Below, piece after piece: positions 38,266-48,300 of a stretch of DNA of 64,000 nt. Origin of the DNA: Candidatus Melainabacteria bacterium 17Bon1m (lineage in GTDB: Bacteria; Cyanobacteriota; Vampirovibrionia; Obscuribacterales; Obscuribacteraceae); assembly GCA_032128875.1 (NCBI GenBank), contig JAVLKG010000002.1:64001-128000 (forward strand). Reading direction: 5' to 3'. The notes under the pieces are model-generated. The model saw only the letters and a list, made by a program, of their open reading frames with translations, was not told the DNA's origin and searched no databases. Position 1 is the first letter of the stretch; each line of letters starts with the position of its first letter. A program made the position numbers and the translations under genes.

Positions 38266-38289
38266 TTACGTAATTGCGTAAATCTGCAT
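38266..38289. promoter_or_regulatory. octamer array 4 (putative operator)
   Basis: TTACGTAA-TTGCGTAA-ATCTGCAT, with ATGCTTAA at 38249. Confidence 0.65.
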
Positions 38290-38439
38290 ATGATTCTATC
38301 ATAGCCGGAAGATTGGCGACTAGGCAATTATTGCGCTTGGAATGAGAATCCTCTCTTTAGTTCTGCACAGGGTTGAAAGACTCATTGCTTGGCGTATTTC
38401 TACTTGTCAAATAGCTAGTCCGAGGAGGACGTTTATCAC

Positions 38440-38727
38440 ATGACAAAGCGTGTAAAAGACAGTGCAAAACACAGCCCCAGCGGTGCTGCAAATGGCAGTG
38501 CAAGCGGCAGTGCAAAACACAGCCCCAGCGGCGGCAGAACGGCTACCGTGCAGCAGCAAGCAATCAGCTCAAAACTAAACTTGAAACAAAAAGCCACTCC
38601 AACGCGAAATCAGATAGCCGCCAGGGCTTATCAAATCTGGCAGGAAAACGGAAGTCGGCACGGAAGAGATGAGCTCGACTGGCTGCAGGCTGAAAGTGAG
38701 CTCTGTGAGCAGTTGAATCAGAACTAA
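38440..38727 (+). CDS. DUF2934-domain protein
   Basis: QIAARAYQIWQENG..GRDELDWLQAESEL; GAGGAGG RBS; internal 24-bp repeat at 38460 and 38508. Confidence 0.88.
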   Translation: MTKRVKDSAKHSPSGAANGSASGSAKHSPSGGRTATVQQQAISSKLNLKQKATPTRNQIAARAYQIWQENGSRHGRDELDWLQAESELCEQLNQN

Positions 38728-38916
38728 ATTAGCTTGACTAAGGCGTCTACTTCTCCGTGAGTAAGAGAATGGCACCAGATATGATGCCAGCTATTCTCCC
38801 TGAAAATTTCCCATTTGGCGAATAAGGTTTTTGTGCACCCCTAAGCAACATTCGTGACCCTCAATGGGTTCTGATACCCGTGATTCCCAGAGTCACGTTC
38901 TTAGGGAGACATTACT

Positions 38917-39771
38917 ATGACAATTGATAAATTCGCTTACGCTCCAAAGGCTGATGCTTCCGCACAATTTGACGGCATCGACGGAAAAGACAGCATGAAG
39001 CAGACTGTTTTGGTTGACCTTGCGTCGAGCACCACGAATGCTGATTATCACAAAGCGCAAACAGCTTTGCGTGGGAAATCCGATGCCAACGTCGCAGCGC
39101 AACTTGGCGATTTGAAAATCTACAATACCGCCACAGATATGTCGGAGACGATTGGCTCGGCTGAGGAGTTTCGGCGTCGCTCTCAAGGTGTTTTTTCGAA
39201 AGTTGATCGTGACCACGACGGTGTTCTTAGCAGTACTGAATTGTCTAGCGCATCAACGCGTAAAAGTTTTAGTCCCAAAGATCAACAAGTAATCGAGTCT
39301 ATGGCGAGAAACATTGGCGCAATAAGTATGCTCTCGGACGATGAGATCGGTCCTGTTGCGAGCGGTGTATCGATGAGTGATTTGGATCAATTTGCGGGAC
39401 TTGATGAGCGCGCGAAAACCTATGAAAAAGATAGCCCCATCGAGAATTGGTTTGGTCATTCGAACATGTTTCGCCATGTAGATGCGAATGGCGACGGTTA
39501 TTTGACACGCAATGAAATTGACGCACGCTTGAATAACAAAGCGATAAGCAAACCGGAAGCGGCTGCTTTGGAGCGCATGCGTTCATCCTATGATTCGTTG
39601 ATGGCACAAAGTAATGATGAATGGGGAACTGAAAACTCCGGAGTTACGCGCCGTGATATCGACACGCTTGTAAGAGAAAGACAGACGACAAGGCTTGATG
39701 TGGAAACCATGCAGCGCGCTCTAACTGCCACGCGTGAAGTACATGCTCGCCAGGCTGTTCATGAGAGATAG
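38917..39771 (+). CDS. EF-hand protein
   Basis: DRDHDGVLSSTE and DANGDGYLTRNE loops, each followed by a DE.G...SG....D motif. Confidence 0.8.
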   Translation: MTIDKFAYAPKADASAQFDGIDGKDSMKQTVLVDLASSTTNADYHKAQTALRGKSDANVAAQLGDLKIYNTATDMSETIGSAEEFRRRSQGVFSKVDRDHDGVLSSTELSSASTRKSFSPKDQQVIESMARNIGAISMLSDDEIGPVASGVSMSDLDQFAGLDERAKTYEKDSPIENWFGHSNMFRHVDANGDGYLTRNEIDARLNNKAISKPEAAALERMRSSYDSLMAQSNDEWGTENSGVTRRDIDTLVRERQTTRLDVETMQRALTATREVHARQAVHER

Positions 39772-39962
39772 GATGTTAGCCGCGGTACAAATTCATTGCG
39801 AAAGATTCTGCAATCGTCGCTTGTTAAGCCGGACACTTTCAAAAAAGGATCGGAAATCCTATCCAATCTGGTCACCGGCTGTTCACGAAGCTGAGTTATG
39901 TTGAACGAGTCTGTTCTGTACTAAAGTTTTGCAACCGACTAGTAAACGCACATCATCTTCGA

Positions 39963-40397
39963 ATGGGCTTACTTTATCTACTTCTCGCCGCTGTGACCTG
40001 GTTTATGACCGGGCTGATTTGGTTCGTGCAGATAGTTCACTACCCTCTGTTCGCTAGTGTCGGCAGTGATAAATTTCTCGTTTATATCAAAGCTCATTGT
40101 AATTTGACAGGTATGGTAGTGATACTGCCGATGGTGATTCAACTTCTGCTGTCCGGCTTGGTTGCATTGGACAACAAATCAACCTACTCCGCGTTGCTTT
40201 GGCTCAACTTTGCCCTGGTGATTGTCATCTGGCTGCTCACCGGTTTTGCCTCAGTACCTTGCTTCAACAACATGTGCTCTGCGGGTTTTTCGGAGTCTGT
40301 TCATGGGCGATTAGTTTTGACAAATTGGGCCCGAACCATTCTCTGGTCTGTCTGCTCAATCATTCTGCTGCTGATCCTGTGGTCAGAGTTGAAGTAA
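39963..40397 (+). CDS. conserved 4-TM membrane protein
   Basis: GLIWFVQIVHYPLF..H..VP..LV.TNW.RT..W. Confidence 0.8.
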   Translation: MGLLYLLLAAVTWFMTGLIWFVQIVHYPLFASVGSDKFLVYIKAHCNLTGMVVILPMVIQLLLSGLVALDNKSTYSALLWLNFALVIVIWLLTGFASVPCFNNMCSAGFSESVHGRLVLTNWARTILWSVCSIILLLILWSELK

Positions 40398-40451
40398 ATA
40401 TGGTTGACGCTTTCGATTTAGTTGTTGGCCGCTAGCTATGCAGCCACACCT

Positions 40452-40706
40452 TCACGCCAAAAGTTCATCCAGCTTTCCTTGGCTTTCTAATGCGTAAAGG
40501 TCATCGCAACCGCCAATGTGCAAATCGTCGATGAAAATTTGTGGAATGGTCATTCGCCCATTTGACCGTTTGATCATTTCATCTAATCTGTCCACATCTT
40601 CTTTGACGTTGAACTCTTCGAACTCTGCATTTTTGCGCTTTAGCAAAGCCTTTGCCTTATCGCAGAATGGGCAATGGGGTCCGGAATAAACAACTATCTT
40701 TGGCAT
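40452..40706 (-). CDS. grxC: glutaredoxin 3
   Basis: CPFC, TIPQIFI, IGGCDDL. Confidence 0.93.
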   Translation of the reverse strand: MPKIVVYSGPHCPFCDKAKALLKRKNAEFEEFNVKEDVDRLDEMIKRSNGRMTIPQIFIDDLHIGGCDDLYALESQGKLDELLA

Positions 40707-40903
40707 CGAGGTTTCCTGATGAGTGGGTACTTCAACCAGCTAATCAATTATGCACTGTCTTTGTTTTCGCCAGGCTCAGAAACCTGATCATAGTCGCTTG
40801 AAGTTTGTATTCTTTAACATCAAATCGCAGTCTGTAGAGTTCACACTCTGTTCACTGTCATGATTCATAAATATATTGGGCCGTCTGAGGCACAGAGAAG
40901 ACT

Positions 40904-41497
40904 GTGATCAATCATCCTCAAAACTATAGCTGGCTTCTCTGGCAGCCTCTTTGCCGGGAGTTGATTGCCGATTGCAAAATTTTCTCTGTGAAAAGTATCT
41001 TGTCAGAGTCGCAGGGGGCAGAGCGGAAGCTAGCGAAGTTTTACACACTCAATTGCAGTCCCTGGGTCAACGTTATTGCCTTGAACTCTGAAAATTCCGT
41101 GCTACTGGTTGAACAGTACCGGCACGGTGTCGAGGGAGTCACTCTTGAGATACCGGGCGGAGTTGTAGAGCGGGAAGACGCAACGCCACTTTCTGCTGCT
41201 ATGAGAGAGCTGAGAGAGGAGACTGGATGCGTATCAGACCACTGGACGTACCTAGGTAAAAACCACCCGAACCCTGCCCTGCAAGACAATTTCTGCTACA
41301 CCTACTTAGCCGAAGGCGTCCGTAAGATTGAGACACCTCGATTCGACGACACCGGCACTGAGCGAATCAACAGTCTCTATCTTCCGCTTAATAAGATCGG
41401 TGATGCCATACGAAGTGGCGCCATCAATCATTCTCTAGTGATTACGGCATTTCATTTTCTTGCCCTTGAGCGTGCAGACTTGCGGGTGAAAATGTAG
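40904..41497 (+). CDS. Nudix hydrolase (ADP-ribose pyrophosphatase-like)
   Basis: QYRH, EIPGG..AAMRELREETG. Confidence 0.92.
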   Translation: MINHPQNYSWLLWQPLCRELIADCKIFSVKSILSESQGAERKLAKFYTLNCSPWVNVIALNSENSVLLVEQYRHGVEGVTLEIPGGVVEREDATPLSAAMRELREETGCVSDHWTYLGKNHPNPALQDNFCYTYLAEGVRKIETPRFDDTGTERINSLYLPLNKIGDAIRSGAINHSLVITAFHFLALERADLRVKM

Positions 41498-41543
41498 AGC
41501 GCGTTCACGAGACGTTTATTATCGCGATCTATATTGCCCTTAT

Positions 41544-42587
41544 GTGCAAAGTGTCACGAAAAGGCAACCTGTTATGTTCGATGAAGACGCGGATGTTTTA
41601 GCGAGCTCAGGCTTAATATCAACTGAGGCTGCGAATTCGAGAAAAGTCGTTGATACAGAAGGCGAAAAATTTCTCGACGACTTACACACAGCTTGGGCAG
41701 GGCGATCCAGGGGGCCCCAACCTCCTATTGATGAAGATTCGTATGACAGAAAAGCATACGTGCCGATCGACAATTTCGACTCTCCGCTCAAGAGTTATTT
41801 TAGAGATGCGGGTCACTTCGGACTTCTTACACCGCTAGAGGAACTCGACCTTGGCAGACGAGCTCGGTCTGGAGACTTGCGCGCACAGGCTCGGCTGGTG
41901 GAGTGCAACCTTCGGTTAGTTATTAAAGTCGCGCGGCGGTTTAGCGGTAGAGGTCTAGATTTTGAAGATCTCGTGCAAGAGGGTAACCTCGGCTTAATCA
42001 GAGCCGCTCAGCTTTTCGACCCTGACAAAGGTGCGCGCTTTTCTACTTACGCTACCATGTGGATTATTCAGTCCATATCGCGCGGCGTCGACAATCATGG
42101 TCGCGTAATCCGGCTGCCGGTGAACGTTCATAATGATATGCGACTTGTCAGTCGTATTTCATTTCATTATGTGCGCAGATACGGAACCGAACCGAGCCTC
42201 GAGCAAATTTCGGAAATTTCCAAATTGAACATTTCTCGAGTGAAGAATGCATTAGAGAGCATGCAGAGCGCACTTTCACTCAATCAAAGCTCTTCCAGCG
42301 CTCCCGACCGTGAAATTGGCGAAGTTATTGCCGGAAGCGATGGAATTGAAGCTGAAGAGCGGGCAGATAAATATTTCGAGCATAGACTTTTGTTTGGTCT
42401 ATTGTCGATGTTGACTAATGAGGAACGGCGGGCAATTTGCTTGCATTTCGGAGTAGGTTCTAAGACTTGCTATACCATAAACGAAATCGCAGCATCAGAG
42501 GGGATTTCGGTTGCGACTGTGAGGCGTTTGCTCAATACAGGCATGAAAAAATTGAAGCGCCGCGCCGGAGTTATGCTTGAGTCTTAA
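41544..42587 (+). CDS. RpoD/RpoS-like (group 2) sigma-70 factor
   Basis: NLRLVIKVA, DLVQEGNLGL, RFSTYATMWI, IRLPVN, divergent region 4. Confidence 0.9.
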   Translation: MQSVTKRQPVMFDEDADVLASSGLISTEAANSRKVVDTEGEKFLDDLHTAWAGRSRGPQPPIDEDSYDRKAYVPIDNFDSPLKSYFRDAGHFGLLTPLEELDLGRRARSGDLRAQARLVECNLRLVIKVARRFSGRGLDFEDLVQEGNLGLIRAAQLFDPDKGARFSTYATMWIIQSISRGVDNHGRVIRLPVNVHNDMRLVSRISFHYVRRYGTEPSLEQISEISKLNISRVKNALESMQSALSLNQSSSSAPDREIGEVIAGSDGIEAEERADKYFEHRLLFGLLSMLTNEERRAICLHFGVGSKTCYTINEIAASEGISVATVRRLLNTGMKKLKRRAGVMLES

Positions 42588-42620
42588 AGCTGGTTCGTTA
42601 ACCATTGGTACAAGCGCTAC

Positions 42621-43073
42621 TCAGCCACATTTGCAAATGTCTCCTACGGCGCCTTCTGAATTCGGCATCTTTAGGCACTTTTTACAGAGCCTGGGATCGG
42701 TAAGGTACTTCAGGTAGTGAATGCGCTTTCCTTCGATAACTATATAGTATTCTTCACTGTCCCAAAGCGTGAGTATTCTTGTCGTGCCACTTTCAGTAAC
42801 GTTAAAACTAGGGGATGTTTTTTCGCTTGCAGCGACGATCTCAATTTGCTCACCCTTTTTCAGAAGATAAAGCCCCGCCCAAATATCGACCTGAAGATAT
42901 ATCGGTTCGTCGTTGTTATTCCTAAATGTGATTGTAATTTCTGGCATTCCGATCTTCGCAGCGGGCTGTGGCGATTGCAACTTCCTCAAGGCGAAAGCGC
43001 TCTTGAACATCATCGCAACAGGGACGAGGAATAAAATTAGGAAAACAAATAGTGGATTTAGTTGTATATCCAT
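42621..43073 (-). CDS. hypothetical protein, N-terminal TM, C-terminal Cys cluster
   Basis: 150-aa ORF; CKKC..CKC. Confidence 0.55.
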   Translation of the reverse strand: MDIQLNPLFVFLILFLVPVAMMFKSAFALRKLQSPQPAAKIGMPEITITFRNNNDEPIYLQVDIWAGLYLLKKGEQIEIVAASEKTSPSFNVTESGTTRILTLWDSEEYYIVIEGKRIHYLKYLTDPRLCKKCLKMPNSEGAVGDICKCG

Positions 43074-43078
43074 CTCGC

Positions 43079-43801
43079 TTAGCCGTCAAGCCTCATTACG
43101 AGTTTATGCTCTAGTGCGATGCTTGCGAGCGTAGATAACAGTGCGAACCCAAATTTTGCGCCGTCCTCCAGTGGTGCATTCTTTTCCGTGCCGTCTCTTT
43201 TCCATCTTTCGATGGTTGCTGAATCTGCTTTCCACGTTAGTTCGTTAATCTCGTTCAGCTCATCTCTGAGTCCAAGCAAAGTGCTGAAGGTCGTTGTATT
43301 TCCGTTTATTTCCTGTGTGTCGAATACCAGCCGATTGCGGTCCACGGGTAGCCAGGCTGTGACGTGGCGAATCAGGCTTGGATACTTAGTGTCATTTGGT
43401 TCATCGACAGCCTTAAAAGCTTCATCAGTTGTCCAGTCTTCAACACACTTGGTTGGTCTCTTAAACTCTGGCTTTTCCAAATAGGCTGCCCATAGTTTGA
43501 GCGAAGAAAGATTGTCCCAGCGAAGTTGTTCTGAGAAGTACGGAGAGCTGCTCGTTTCATCCCAATCTACTGGCGACGAAACAATTTCGCTCAGAGCAGT
43601 GTTTAGTGACTCTCTCCAGTCCGCCACATATGAGCGCACGACTTCTGGATCATTTACTACATCGTCTGTGCCTTTGTTTTGTTCATTGACGCGAACACGA
43701 ATGAACTCCTTTCCAGTCTCGCGGCAATGCCGCTGAATGGGAGTTTCCCAATCCTCCATGTAATAACGTGTCAGAGAACCGACATAAACGTCTAAAGCCA
43801 T
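43079..43801 (-). CDS. hypothetical protein
   Basis: 240-aa ORF, MALDVYVGSLTRYY start, acidic and Trp-rich. Confidence 0.75.
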   Translation of the reverse strand: MALDVYVGSLTRYYMEDWETPIQRHCRETGKEFIRVRVNEQNKGTDDVVNDPEVVRSYVADWRESLNTALSEIVSSPVDWDETSSSPYFSEQLRWDNLSSLKLWAAYLEKPEFKRPTKCVEDWTTDEAFKAVDEPNDTKYPSLIRHVTAWLPVDRNRLVFDTQEINGNTTTFSTLLGLRDELNEINELTWKADSATIERWKRDGTEKNAPLEDGAKFGFALLSTLASIALEHKLVMRLDG

Positions 43802-43920
43802 GTTGAGATTTCGCCTTTGTGTGTCCGCGTAAACAAGCCAATCATGATCATACCCGGCAGGGGCAAAGAAAAGCTTTGAGCTAAGACCACAGCGGAGCGT
43901 AAAGTGCTCTTGAGGGTAGC

Positions 43921-44379
43921 CTATTCTTCAATGTTTTTGAGCCACTCCATGCTATCCAAAGAGGATGCATCAAAACCATTGGGATGCAAGTGGAAGCAAA
44001 GCAAGGAAGATGACGCGTCGTCCTCGTTCCGAAATGAGAAACTTTGCCCCGAGTCGGAGTGAGAAAGTTGATCCTCTAAAAAACGTGAAAGCATTCGTAG
44101 AGCGTCCAAAGTCCCCTCTATGCAGTTTTCATGTATCTTCAGTGCTTTACCAGTTCTAATCTCGAGTGACATGTATGGACCGATGTGATCATGTTCACTC
44201 GGCTCAGCATTCGAAGGGTTTGATGTGTAATCTAACAACAGTTTGGAGAATTTAGAAAGTCCAGTTCTATCGCCATGAATATTGTACGTCTTTGAGCTTT
44301 CTTCATAGTCAAAGTAAAATCCGAGTTCTCGCCATTCATCTCGTGTGGCGGCTTCTATTACTTTTTTCTTGCTCAGCAT
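43921..44379 (-). CDS. hypothetical protein
   Basis: 152-aa ORF, EWRELGFY..EHDHIGPY. Confidence 0.7.
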   Translation of the reverse strand: MLSKKKVIEAATRDEWRELGFYFDYEESSKTYNIHGDRTGLSKFSKLLLDYTSNPSNAEPSEHDHIGPYMSLEIRTGKALKIHENCIEGTLDALRMLSRFLEDQLSHSDSGQSFSFRNEDDASSSLLCFHLHPNGFDASSLDSMEWLKNIEE

Positions 44380-44503
44380 TCAACGACTATCAGTTGCATT
44401 ACGAACTTTATCAACCAACTCTTCTATTCCCAGGATGGGCAACTTCACCCTCCTTGAGATTCAATTTTCGCTATGCTAGAGAAAGATTAGAAGGAAAATT
44501 CGT

Positions 44504-45463
44504 TTGAATACTGTCGCCGTTATCCGCTTGCTTCTTTGTCTTGCGACACTTCTTGTGTTGCTCTGCCCTCGTGCACATGCCATTCATGGTGAAGCAAGGA
44601 AGAAGCTAACAGAGGGTTACGAGGCTATCAGGTTAGCAGATTACGCCAGAGCACACGAGTGTTTTTTGGAGGCGCTCAAGCAAGCACGTAGGCAAGGCGA
44701 ATCCCGTGAAGCAATCGACTTCTTGAAAGTAGAAGTTGCGGAGAACGATGCACGTCTTGGGCATCCATCGAGAGCTCTCACTGAGTTGAATGCAATTCAA
44801 AAGAATTACGACCTTCTCGCACAGAGGGAAGGGCATAGGAGTCAATGGTATAACCACCTTTTGAGAGCGAAGGCATTCTGCTACTTCAAAGAGAGGAAGT
44901 ATGATTCTGCAATCCTTATCTTTAAGCAAATTCTTCAGGACGAAGATAAGCTAGATGAGAGTGGCGACGCTGCTTCAGATCGTGCTGCCACGCGTATTGC
45001 ATATGCGAAAATATTGATGATGAAAGGGGATCACCATGAGACACAAAAAGTCCTCAACGAATTGATTGCCAGCCAGACAGATGTCGATAACGACGTTGTA
45101 TTCCAAGCTGAAGGCATGTTGGCACACTCGTATTTTGCTCAAAAAAAATATGCTGAAACACAGCAGCATCTTCAGCTGGCTTTAGCCATCATGGAGAAAA
45201 AGTCATACAAAAATGATCCGCGTGAAGGATATTTGAAGTTATTGTTGGCATCAGTACTTGAAGCGCAAGGCAAACTTGCGGAGGCAGCTCCTTTACTAAA
45301 GGAAGCGGAGGGCTTGTTGACTAGCGCAGGGAGACAACTGCCAATTGATTTTTTCGAGAAGTATGAAAAGTGTTTGAAAAGTTTGGCTGCCGGTCCAGAA
45401 TTGGAGCGTGTCCGGAAGAAGATTGAGGAGTTCAAGAACTCCGATAAAGCCCAGCGGAAGTGA
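44504..45463 (+). CDS. exported TPR protein
   Basis: signal peptide ending AHA; TPR-like helices. Confidence 0.75.
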   Translation: MNTVAVIRLLLCLATLLVLLCPRAHAIHGEARKKLTEGYEAIRLADYARAHECFLEALKQARRQGESREAIDFLKVEVAENDARLGHPSRALTELNAIQKNYDLLAQREGHRSQWYNHLLRAKAFCYFKERKYDSAILIFKQILQDEDKLDESGDAASDRAATRIAYAKILMMKGDHHETQKVLNELIASQTDVDNDVVFQAEGMLAHSYFAQKKYAETQQHLQLALAIMEKKSYKNDPREGYLKLLLASVLEAQGKLAEAAPLLKEAEGLLTSAGRQLPIDFFEKYEKCLKSLAAGPELERVRKKIEEFKNSDKAQRK

Positions 45464-46313
45464 GCTTTCGCTTTTCTATCCGTCCAAAGTGACGCGTGAG
45501 CGCTCCGGCATGATTTATGACGACGAATGCATAAGCAGCATAAAGCGTAATTGAAGTGTAAATCGTAGCTACAAGTGCTACGGATAAACATGAGCTTGGC
45601 GATAAGTGTTCCCATTTCGGGAAGTAGTTCAAAAACCAAGCACAAGGCCATGCGAACATTTCAGAGAAAAGGAAATAACAGACGGCCGAGAATGCTAGAA
45701 CAACCCGAAAAGCGACGTGATCATTTCTTTTGGCACTGAGAGTTCCTTTTATGGAAACTTTCTTGAGTTCGTCATGAACAAATACGACGAGTATTCCTAA
45801 ACATATTTGAGAGCATACTAGTTCGATGCAGGAGAAGTGCAAATACACCGTGCCAATAGATAGATTCATCCAGGCTAAATCTGCAATCAGTGCTATAAGT
45901 AGTGCGATTGAGATTGCGGTGAAGTATCTGGATGGAATCTTTGGTAGATAGTACACCGTTCCTCTTGCTTTAGATACCTGTGATTCTATGTTCTCCATCA
46001 AGGAGGCGAAGCCCACAAACGCTAAAGCGAGTAATCCAACGAAACCAAATCCGTTATTAAAGAAAATTGTCAGCCAATAAAGGTCTGTTCTCCAGCTGAG
46101 AAGTTGAGACTGAAGCTCCGCTATTGGTCCTCCTCCAAAACATAGCGTTGGTGGAAGCGGAAGGTCCGCCCTTTGCGCTATTGGATATGTAAGTTCCAAA
46201 AAGATGATAAAGCCCAGCAAGCCTCCTGCGAATGCTGGCATGATGAAACGCTTCAAGTTGATAATAGGATGCTTTTCCATAAAGGCATTGGTGAAGCTCG
46301 TACCCGAAGCCAT
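45432..46313 (-). CDS. hypothetical multi-pass membrane protein
   Basis: about 6 hydrophobic segments. Confidence 0.65.
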   Translation of the reverse strand: MASGTSFTNAFMEKHPIINLKRFIMPAFAGGLLGFIIFLELTYPIAQRADLPLPPTLCFGGGPIAELQSQLLSWRTDLYWLTIFFNNGFGFVGLLALAFVGFASLMENIESQVSKARGTVYYLPKIPSRYFTAISIALLIALIADLAWMNLSIGTVYLHFSCIELVCSQICLGILVVFVHDELKKVSIKGTLSAKRNDHVAFRVVLAFSAVCYFLFSEMFAWPCAWFLNYFPKWEHLSPSSCLSVALVATIYTSITLYAAYAFVVINHAGALTRHFGRIEKRKLTSAGLYRSS

Positions 46314-46580
46314 TATGCGCCTATATCGGCAACTCTGCAGACAATCAGTGATGGAACTACGAGGCTTATCGACTCAGCATCCCGATCTTTTAAAACCCCA
46401 TATTTAAGAGTTGATATGATAGATCTATGGTTCCGTCGCATGCTAGTTTCTTCCAGCTTATGAAATCAAGACCCGCCAAGTTCCAGTTTCCGACTGTTTC
46501 TTTGGCATCGAATTTGAATTTCCTTTTGATCCACTTAGTAATAAACTTGAGTCAGTGAACAGCAGCGATAGGGAAAATCA

Positions 46581-48287
46581 ATGAGAATTTTATTCATGGC
46601 AGCACTGTTGTTCCTTTGTCCATACAGTTGTGCAGCCGCACAAGCCGATTCACAACAGGTTCAAGTCTCTGGATATGAATCGAAAAATCCACAAAGTGAG
46701 ACCTACAATGGTTTTGTAGAAGCATTTAAGAAGGCGCACTCAAACAAGTTTGAAGAGAAAGATCTCAATGAGATTTTTCGCGATTATTCGAATTTGATCA
46801 TGACTGGCATGGATACGTCTCAATTGGCGAATGCAATAAGGGGGAGGAAGACGAGTTACTTCCCTTTAGAAAAATTACGCACAGAGCCTTTTTACACATC
46901 ATCTATCAAGGATTACATCAATTCTGCGAATCAGTATCAGCGTGTGCTTGCCTACATAACTCTAGCTTCAGCTGGTGACAGCTCTTTTAATACTCAGTTG
47001 CTAAAGGCCTCCAAAGCCGAAACTTTTAAGGGCGGGAAGTATTGGGCAGGTTTTGCTCTTCTTTATCTGCGTGATACTCATACAAGTGATCTTTTTGATT
47101 TCTTGGTGGAAAACGAAGAGTTTGGAGATGCCCATATGGCTCCCTTCTACTTGCGGCTGGACAAAGATTCTATACGGACGACAGCGTATGAAAAAATAAG
47201 ATCGAATAAGTCGAAGGCGAAGATACTTGCTGTTCAAAGTCTCTCCGTCACTGAGCTCAATCCGAAAACGGAAGAGGTAGTTAGAGAGGCTGTTAAAAGC
47301 TGGGAGCCTTCTATGCGGGGTTATGCAATCTATACAATTGTCGCACTTTCGATGGGAAACTTGAAAGAACTCCTCCTTCCCTCTCTTAATTTCAAAGAAA
47401 CGCGAGCAATTTCTCTGAAGGCACTTGCGAATAGCCCGACACAATCAGATCAGCAATATCTAAAATCACTAATTCCTGCCAACGGTGAAATTCCTGAGGA
47501 CATCTTAGACGCGTATCTAGAGTCGAATCGCAAAGCTTCCGCCCTCAGATGGTTACAACTGGTTCGCGATCGTAAGGTTAGCCCAAATTACTACTTTTCT
47601 CTCTATGACAAGCCACTTCTGTTATCCGACGGTGTTCTCGATGAGCTTCGCAAGACTATTCGAGAAACCAAAAATCGAGAAATTGTTCATCAGTTCCTAA
47701 GAGCACTGGAAAATCGAAACGACGATGACAGCAACAATCTGCTAATTCAACTGCTTACAGATCCCGATTCCACTACACGATATTGGGCAGCATTTAGCCT
47801 AAAAGGTAAGTCGTCTGCGCTGCTTGTCCATAAGATACCCAATCTCATAAACAATCCAGTGCTTCGGACAGTCGCATTGACTGACCTAGCGATAGAAAAT
47901 AAGGTAAATGGACTACAAGATGTTTATGAAGGTGTTCTGCGAAATGATCCAAGTCAGGACTGGTACAGGAGTTCTCTGAGTTACTTAGCTGCATTTCCGA
48001 GGCAGAAAGACATAAGTACATTCAAAGCCGTTCTTCAAAGCAGCAAGGATGCCTTCTTAAGGCGGTTTGCAGTTAGCGGCCTTGGTAATCTTAGAGACGA
48101 AAGTTCAGTCGACCTCATTGTTGCTGCTTTGAAAAAAGAGCCGCCCATTGATCAAAATGCAATTACATATTTAGTCGCTTTAGGCAAAATTAAAGGTGAC
48201 AAGGCTAAGCTTGTTATTGAGTCGTACCAGAACAGTAAAGACAATTCAGTAAGGAACTTAGTCTCAGGTCTCTTAACAAAGTGGTAA
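46581..48287 (+). CDS. exported HEAT-repeat protein
   Basis: signal peptide; LTDPDSTTRYWAAFSL, LRRFAVSGLG, ALGKI repeats. Confidence 0.8.
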   Translation: MRILFMAALLFLCPYSCAAAQADSQQVQVSGYESKNPQSETYNGFVEAFKKAHSNKFEEKDLNEIFRDYSNLIMTGMDTSQLANAIRGRKTSYFPLEKLRTEPFYTSSIKDYINSANQYQRVLAYITLASAGDSSFNTQLLKASKAETFKGGKYWAGFALLYLRDTHTSDLFDFLVENEEFGDAHMAPFYLRLDKDSIRTTAYEKIRSNKSKAKILAVQSLSVTELNPKTEEVVREAVKSWEPSMRGYAIYTIVALSMGNLKELLLPSLNFKETRAISLKALANSPTQSDQQYLKSLIPANGEIPEDILDAYLESNRKASALRWLQLVRDRKVSPNYYFSLYDKPLLLSDGVLDELRKTIRETKNREIVHQFLRALENRNDDDSNNLLIQLLTDPDSTTRYWAAFSLKGKSSALLVHKIPNLINNPVLRTVALTDLAIENKVNGLQDVYEGVLRNDPSQDWYRSSLSYLAAFPRQKDISTFKAVLQSSKDAFLRRFAVSGLGNLRDESSVDLIVAALKKEPPIDQNAITYLVALGKIKGDKAKLVIESYQNSKDNSVRNLVSGLLTKW

Positions 48288-48300
48288 CGTAATCAAGTCA

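Noticed and set aside
38460-38531. 24-bp direct repeat inside the DUF2934 gene
   Set aside because: In-frame duplication in a low-complexity tail (SAKHSPSG x2); no sign of a mobile or regulatory role
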